DNA from: Eledone cirrhosa | Lineage: Eukaryota | Length of the DNA stretch: 64,000 bases | Assembly: GCA_964016885.1 (NCBI GenBank) | Contig: OZ024754.1 | Coordinates: 44,206,001 to 44,270,000, forward strand | Direction of reading: 5' to 3' | Shown here: positions 56,761 through 64,000 of the stretch, one piece after another | How positions within the stretch are numbered: the first letter of the stretch is position 1 | Layout: each line of letters begins with the position of its first letter | The notes under the pieces: generated by a model | What the model was told of the DNA's origin: nothing | Database searches by the model: none | Seen by the model: only the letters and a program-made list of their open reading frames with translations | Position numbers and translations under genes: made by a program

Positions 56761-56829
56761 AAAATGGTGGAAAGGATACCATATAATAAAATATGAGCCA
56801 AAACTTAGAAGCCGCTCACAATATTACAT

Positions 56830-57018
56830 AATTGTTCTACTTTTGGCACAAGGCCAGCTATTATCCCAGTGTATTACTGGTACTTTATTTTATCGACTCC
56901 GTAAAGATGAAAGGCAAAGTTAACCTCGGCGGAATTTGAACTCAGACCATAAAGGGCCTTAACTCTTGGCTGCAAAGCATGGCATCAGACCCTCTACCGA
57001 TACTGACAATCTACCACC
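56830..57018 (-). mobile_element. Nin/Deu SINE
   Basis: Reverse complement of the consensus. Confidence 0.85.
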
Positions 57019-57801
57019 GTATTACTGGTGGTGGCTATGTTGGTGTTAATGGTAATGATGGAGGTGATGATGATGGAGATGGAGGTGATGGTGGTGATGG
57101 AGGTGATGGTGGTGATGGAGGTGATGGTGGTGATGGTGGAGATGATGGTGATGGAGGTGGTGGTGGTGATGATGATGGTGATGGAGGTGATGGAGGTGAT
57201 GGTGGTGATGGAGGTGGTGGTGGTGGTGATGGTCGTGATGGAGGTGATGGTGGTGATGGAGGTGATGGTGGTGATGGTGGAGATGATGGTGATGGAGGTG
57301 GTGGTGGTGATGATCATGGTGATGATTACGATGATGATTATGATGGTGGTGATGGTGATAGTGATGATAACGATGATGATGATGATCATCATGATGATAT
57401 TGTGAGAATCAGACATATTTGATATCGCTCTAGAGAATATAATTTACTACGTTTTATTATTATTATTATTATTATTGTTATTATTGTTATTATACTAAAA
57501 TAAAATAAAAAAACCTTTGAAACATTCCAGCGACCATCGCGTTACCGTGGGGTAAAAACATATTTTTCCTTTGTTTTTTTAAATATGAATATAATTTTAT
57601 ATTATTTTTGCAAAATATTCTTTACGAGTGATGTAATATGGCTTCTTCTATGTGGACCGGAATTGGTGCTAGCAGCAAACCTGTTAATGATTACTCCCCG
57701 AAGGAAGATTTTGAGAATAAAAACGGAGAACCAGAAAATATTATGAACATCGAGCAAGCAACTGCAGCTGCAGACGACATACTTTAGAAAATATTGATCA
57801 A

Positions 57802-58030
57802 TAGTCGATCGACAAGATCCCAGTGGAGCTTGTCAAATCGGACCGAGGAAACAATGTTTCCGTTGGCCTTTCCAATTGCTAATATTATCTATCGGTCGCA
57901 ACTCCAGACAGAAGGAGAAACGTGAAATAAAGTGTCTTGCTCAAGGACATAACGCATCGCCCTGTCCCGTAATCGAACTCACAACCTCATGATTTCAAAT
58001 CCAATTCTCTAAACACTCAACCACACGCTT
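57802..58030 (-). mobile_element. tRNA-derived SINE (family of 13053)
   Basis: Minus strand B-box gagttcgattac, then tgtccttgagcaagacacttta; body shared with 13053-13130. Confidence 0.7.
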
Positions 58031-58265
58031 TCAAATATAAACCAACAAAATATTGGTAGTTTAAATATATGCCGCAAAGCATGTTGTCTGATGGTCTACC
58101 GACACTGCCAATCCAATAATAATCACACACACACACACACCCACACACCCACACACACATATATATATATATATGAGAAATAATATAGATTGAAGGGACG
58201 GGCGGGTTGGAATTGGAAAATAATGTCTTTAGACAATAACAGGTCTATTCACGTTGACATCTCTT

Positions 58266-58339
<74 letters not shown>

Positions 58340-58492
58340 CACTGTAATAACTCGATTTGCTTTTAAAACACGAATATATGGTTCCTTTTAGCAAATAAAT
58401 GAAAGAATACTGTTTTTGATAGTTAGTTGTGAACTATGGAACTAACGATGGAAATATCCACTTCACCCAGGTTAGAAAAGGTACAAACTAAC

Positions 58493-58622
58493 TTGGTTTA
58501 TTTTCCACTTCAGGCAGTAGTGCTCCATATATTTCTTCCACTTTCGAGCTGTTTGTTGTTCTTCAATGTTTTTCAACAGAAAAGTTGCAGAACCTCCTCT
58601 CTTCTCTAACTCCACCTTTTCC
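58493..58622 (-). CDS. Putative internal exon of an unidentified gene or pseudogene
   Basis: tttttctggtttacag|G EKVELEKRGGSATFLLKNIEEQQTARKWKKYMEHYCLKWKINQ|gttagt. Confidence 0.35.
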
Positions 58623-59888
58623 CTGTAAACCAGAAAAACAACTTCATTAATATCTATCACTAAAAACAACAAACAAATACAACCCTCAAACCCCCACCCC
58701 CATAACTCCTCCATAAAAAAAACAAAGAAGAAAACAAAATAAATACAACCCCCACCTCAGAAGAAAATAAAAACGCTGAGATGAAATAATTTTTTTGTTT
58801 TCATCAGTTGATTTCAGAAAGCAGATAAAAAAAATCTTATTTTCTTTTAAATTTAAACCAATTTCCAGCCATATAAACTTCTTTCTATTAGGAACAAAGG
58901 AATCTTCCAAGAACGGTAACAACTTTAAAGAAAATCTTCCATGAAGAATGTTTGCCGCTGTGCTTGATTCATGTAAATATGTTGTATAATGCCAAGAACT
59001 GAGTCTTCTTCAGTCAAGGGTTTGGACCTACAATAACTAACGGTGTTTATTAAAATCTATATTAAGTCCATTTTATATAATTGGGAAAGTATTTGGAGGA
59101 GATAAGAAAAATATACGCATTTTTATTCCAGATGAGTTTCCGTGAATGAATTTTCACCAATTTCAATTGAAACATTCCAAAATATTTCAATGGCTTGCTA
59201 ATTGGTCAGGGGTAAGTGGTAAGAAAGTCTCAGGTGAGCTGGACAGAAGATGGTCTTCAGAGAAGACTTCTGCCCACACAGTTCATGCAAGAGTTTCAGT
59301 AAAAGTAGAGAACCATTTATAAAGTTACGATAGATTTCTTATTATCTCTTTCAACCTACTCCAATGTTCATTCCAAATATCCAGTTATTTCATAAAATTT
59401 ATTCTGGCTGCTGCTGTTGTTATTGTTGTTATAGTTGTTGTGGTTGTTGTTGTCGTTGTTGTTGTTGTGGTTGTTGTTGTTATTGTTGTTGTCGTTGTTG
59501 TGGTTGTTGTTGTTGTTGTCGTTGCTGGTGCTATCGTTGCTGTCGTTGTTACTGCTGGTGCTGCTGTTGTTGTTGCTGGTGGTGTTGTTGGCGTTGTTGT
59601 TGACATTGTTGCTGTTGTTGTTGTTGTTGCTGTCATTGCTCCTGCTGCTGTTATTGTTGCTATGGTAGTTGTCGATGGTTGCTGTTATTGTTGCTATCGT
59701 TGCTGGCGTTGCAGCTGCTGTAGTTGTTGTTGTTGTTATTGTTATTGTTCTTGTTGTTGTTACCGTTTTTGTTGTTACCGCTGTTGTAGTTGCTGCTGTT
59801 GTTGATATCGTTACTACTGCTGCTGTTGTTGTTGTAGCTTTTGTTGAACACCACTACCACCACCACCACCACCACCACCACCACCACC

Positions 59889-59931
<43 letters not shown>

Positions 59932-60092
59932 TTACTACTACTACTACTAGATAGGAAATTATCTTGATATTAACTCTTAAAATCTTGTAAAGATTTAGCA
60001 GAAATGTTTACAACTCCTAACCCCTAACTTTGTTAATTTAATTGTTTACAGAACCTTTACTAATGGACAGACTCTTGTAAAAAAATTGTAGT

Positions 60093-60240
60093 ACAGGTAA
60101 GATCCCGTTATAACGAATACCATTATAACGAATTTTCAGTATAACGAATTTTTTTGCAATCCCCGACGTAAAAACAAACAAACGCTCGATTTGTTTCGGT
60201 CGATCTCGTTATAAAGAATGTTTCGTTTCAACGAATTGTT
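60093..60240 (+). mobile_element. Tigger/pogo-like TIR fragment
   Basis: TA|caggtaagatcccgttataacga with repeated tataacgaa subterminal motifs. Confidence 0.5.
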
Positions 60241-60299
60241 AATAGTATCTTTGTGAAGATTCACAGTAAAGTAAAGACTTCAATATTTAATGTGTTGTG

Positions 60300-60488
60300 G
60301 GTGGTGGATTATCAGTATCGGTAGAGGGTCTGACACCCTGCTTTGCAGCAAAGAGTTACGACCCTTTATGGTCTGAGTTCAAATCCCGCCGAGGTTAACT
60401 TTGCCTTTCATCCTTACAGGGTCGATAAAATAAAGTACCAGTAATACACTGGAATAATTGCTGGCCTTGTGCCAACAGTAGAAACAAA
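60300..60488 (+). mobile_element. Nin/Deu SINE
   Basis: Consensus match. Confidence 0.85.
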
Positions 60489-60754
60489 TATTTAATGTGT
60501 TGTAGTTACAGTGTTGTTTTGCACTTTTCAAGAATATCATGTTAAAGTGGTTTCCTGTATCCTTCCATTGTGTTAACAAAACCTCCTTGTACCATTATAG
60601 GGTGGTGGAGTGGCAGAATTTGGGAAACCTGACATAGCTTCATGCAATTTGATATGAAAAGGATTGTCTTTCCAGTGCAATACATTTTGTCTGTCCACAA
60701 TAAATCTACAGGGTTTATATTTGGTTTATATAAACCGAAATTAAGTGTTTAGAT

Positions 60755-61439
60755 CAGAGGTTCACAAAGTGAGCGCTACTGCCCCATGAGAGCATTAAGA
60801 AGGGCGAGGGCAGCGCTGGGGTCTAAGGGGTGGTAGAAATGATATAATAGTGTCTTAAATATCAAATGATAAATATAGTATTATATAATATATATAATAT
60901 TTATTTATACATAGTTTATATTATATTATTTATTGTGGATTGGCAGTATCGGTAGAGGGTCGGACGCCATGCTTTCCAGCATAGTTACGTCCCTTTACGA
61001 TCTGAGTTCAAATCCCGCCGAGGTTGACTTTGCCTTTCATCCTTACGGGGTCGATAAAATAAAGTACCAGTAATGCACTGGATAATTGCTGGCCTTGTGC
61101 CTAAAGTAGAAACAATTATTTATTATATATAAATTAACGGTTATATTCTCCATTATTGGCAGAATCGGTAGAGCGTTGGACACGATGCTTTGCAGCATAG
61201 AGTTACCCGCCTTTACAATCTGAGTTCAAATTCCGCCGAGGTTAACATTGCCTTTCATCCTTACGGGGTCGATAAAATAAGGTACCAGTAATGTACTGGG
61301 TCTTTGCTGGCCTTGTGCCAAATGTAGAAACAATTATTTACAATTCGATTGTAGCAGGAGTCTTTGGAAATAGGGGGGGGGGGGGTATTACGTGACCCTG
61401 TGGGTGGGCGGGGTGGCCTAAAATGTTTCAGAACCTCTG
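60755..61439. mobile_element. hAT (Charlie-like) non-autonomous element containing two nested Nin SINEs (60935-61118, 61152-61338)
   Basis: TIRs cagaggttcacaaa / tttcagaacctctg; 8-bp TSD gtttagat / gtttaggt. Confidence 0.75.
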
Positions 61440-61931
61440 GTTTAGGTGAAAGATCACCGTAATATACAAAAAGTAATTGCTGTTGATTCGAATTACATAC
61501 TGAGCTTTGAATATTTATTTTTGTTTTACTTCAGTTTTTCTGCTAAATTCTATTAATATATAATTACATAACCATCATCATAGAATCAGTATCCTGATTT
61601 AAAACAGTAAATTTCCCGCTAGTGCCCCAGCATTAATTCTACATGAGTGGGAAATGAGATTATGCCAGTTTCCGAAAACACTATATCTAATTTTAGAACA
61701 TCACAAAAAAATATTCATCAAGAAAATAAATTCGAATGATGATATGCCTGGATCTAAACTGTAATTACTATGGTATCAGGAGTCTTCGTCACTTGGAAAG
61801 AGGAGCAAGTATACTTTCACAGAAACATTACTTACTGTCGACCGTAATTCAACGTGAGGTGGGTAGGGGGAAACATGTCCATATGTGGGGGAGGAGGGAC
61901 GGAAGGTAGTATGCATGCAGAGATGTCTGTA

Positions 61932-62045
<114 letters not shown>

Positions 62046-62113
62046 AGTATATATATATGTATATATATATATATGTATATATATATATGTGTGTGTATAA
62101 ATGTATGTGTATA

Positions 62114-62170
<57 letters not shown>

Positions 62171-62546
62171 ATGTACAATATATATATATATAAAATGACT
62201 CGAAGATAATTTTTTTTCACTGAGGTTTAAGCATTTTTTTAAATCGAAATTAAATAGGAAAAATTAAAAATCAAAAATCAATAACTAAAAAAAAAACAAA
62301 AAAAAACAACGAAACCTAAAGATAAAATATAATTGTTCGAATCAGTAATCGATTGCGCATGCTCACTAAACACGATGTAATTATTTTAATGAAATACTGA
62401 TGAATCTAAATTGTCTTTTAACAATTCAGTAAATGGACATTTTATTGTTAATGGAAGTAACTATGGCGTAATATGTTTGTGGTGGGTAGTGATGAGTCTC
62501 CGTCGCTTTCGACGACCATACGAACAGGCTTTTCCATTGTTCAAAC

Positions 62547-62590
<44 letters not shown>

Positions 62591-62799
62591 TTATGAATAT
62601 ATATTGGACATTATTTGCAATTTTTATATTATATTAATAATAAAACAAAAATAATATCCGTTTAAAATATATTTTATAACCCCGCAGCCCCTAAAAATGT
62701 TTCTCCTCAGTAAAGAACTATTGATAAGATGACACAGGTAGACTTGAATATAGTTTAATAAAATAGAAGTTCTCTGGTCATTATTTTACACCTATATAT

Positions 62800-62972
62800 C
62801 CATCCTGGCGCTCCACTGTGAGGTGAGGTGTCCAGGCAGCCGAAGATGCGAGAAATGCGGCTCCTGCTGATAGGAGGCCCAGGAGGATCGACAAAGAATC
62901 CAAGCCTCAGCAACCAACAGAATATATTTGCACTAAGTGCATCAGGAACCTCCACTCACGGGTTGGGTTGTT
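62800..62972 (+). mobile_element. RTE (BovB-like) LINE extreme C-terminus
   Basis: SWRSTVR*GVQAAEDARNAA.ADRR.RR..PTEYICTKCIRNLHSRVGLL, the WR...C..C.R...SR.GL terminal finger; runs into (GTT)n/(GGT)n. Confidence 0.75.
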
Positions 62973-62973
62973 G

Positions 62974-63005
<32 letters not shown>

Positions 63006-63625
63006 GGTGGTGGTGGTGGTAGTGGTGGTGGTGGTGGTGGTGGTAGTGGTGGTGGTGGTGGTGGTGGTTGTGGTGGTGGTGGTAGTGGTGGTGGTGGTAT
63101 AGTGGTGGAGGTGGTGGTGGTGGTGGTGGTGGTGGTAGTGGTGGTGGTGGTGGTAGTGGTGGTGGTGGTGGTGGTAGTGGTGGTGGTGGTGGTAGTGGTG
63201 GTGGTGGTGGTGGTGGTGGTGGTGGTAGTGGTGGTGGTGGTGGTAGTGGTGGTGGTGGTAGTGGTGGTAGTGGTAGTGGTGGTGGTGGTGGTGGTGGTGG
63301 TGGTGGTGGTAGTGGTGGTGGTGGTAGTGGTGGCGGTGGTAGTGAGAAAGAAGTCGATCAATTAAATCCGTTGTTGCTTGATTGGATTTCTTTAATCACT
63401 TTACAGCCACAAACATCCACACACATACACTTACATACACACACACAGACACACACACAATCACACACACAATCACACACACACAGACACACACACAATC
63501 ACACACACACAGACACACACACAATCACACACACACAGACACACACACAATCACACAGACACACACACAAGCACACAATACAGACCCACACACACACAAT
63601 CACACACACATACACACACACACAT

Positions 63626-63668
<43 letters not shown>

Positions 63669-63690
63669 TAAATGAGAGGTATAGAGATTG

Positions 63691-63721
<31 letters not shown>

Positions 63722-64000
63722 AAACGTAAACAGAAATAGCAAAGCAAACAACACAGTACAATGAAGAAATATATTAGTTAAACGCTTGAAACAACAGTAA
63801 AAGTATCTTAACATTTCAGACACTAATATATATACAGGGTGTCCCCTAAAAATGTATACATACTTCGACAGCTTTCTAATCAAACTGTAAATAATATATA
63901 ATAAATAAAATCGTTAATTTATATATAATAAATAATATAATTATTGTTATACTTTGGGAGGGTCATGTTGCCAATAATTTCAGATAAAGAATCTTGCCAA

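Noticed and set aside
59000-59030. In-frame TGA as selenocysteine (VQTLD*RRLSSW)
   Set aside because: No recognisable selenoprotein motif or SECIS element; neighbouring frames have many other stops

Overview
Eukaryotic, AT-rich window saturated with microsatellites. The density of (TA)n/(CA)n/(GA)n/(GGT)n tracts and the many Nin/Deu-domain tRNA-derived SINEs suggest a cephalopod (Octopus-like) genome; this is inference. Nearly all ORFs in the supplied track are microsatellite artefacts. Supportable content: more than 20 Nin/Deu SINE copies, a second tRNA-SINE group, 3' fragments of several LINE clades (RTE, CR1-like, Hero-like, R4/Dong-like in (TAA)n), non-autonomous DNA transposons (pogo/Tc1-like, hAT-Charlie-like, Ginger-like), minisatellites and an intron-bearing tRNA-Tyr-like pseudogene. 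The main signal is a population of short non-coding cassettes embedded in (TA)n, from at least six sequence families. They carry type I hammerhead ribozyme motifs (CUGANGA...GAAA...UH with pairable stems I-III) and often a downstream TTGAGYAC-like motif. Many are folded back into long palindromes that place ribozyme motifs on both strands; they are probably termini or non-autonomous derivatives of Penelope-like retroelements. There is also a tentative three-exon minus-strand gene for a small secreted, possibly MAM-like protein (23647 to 17807). All folding, translation and family assignment was done by eye; no searches were run.
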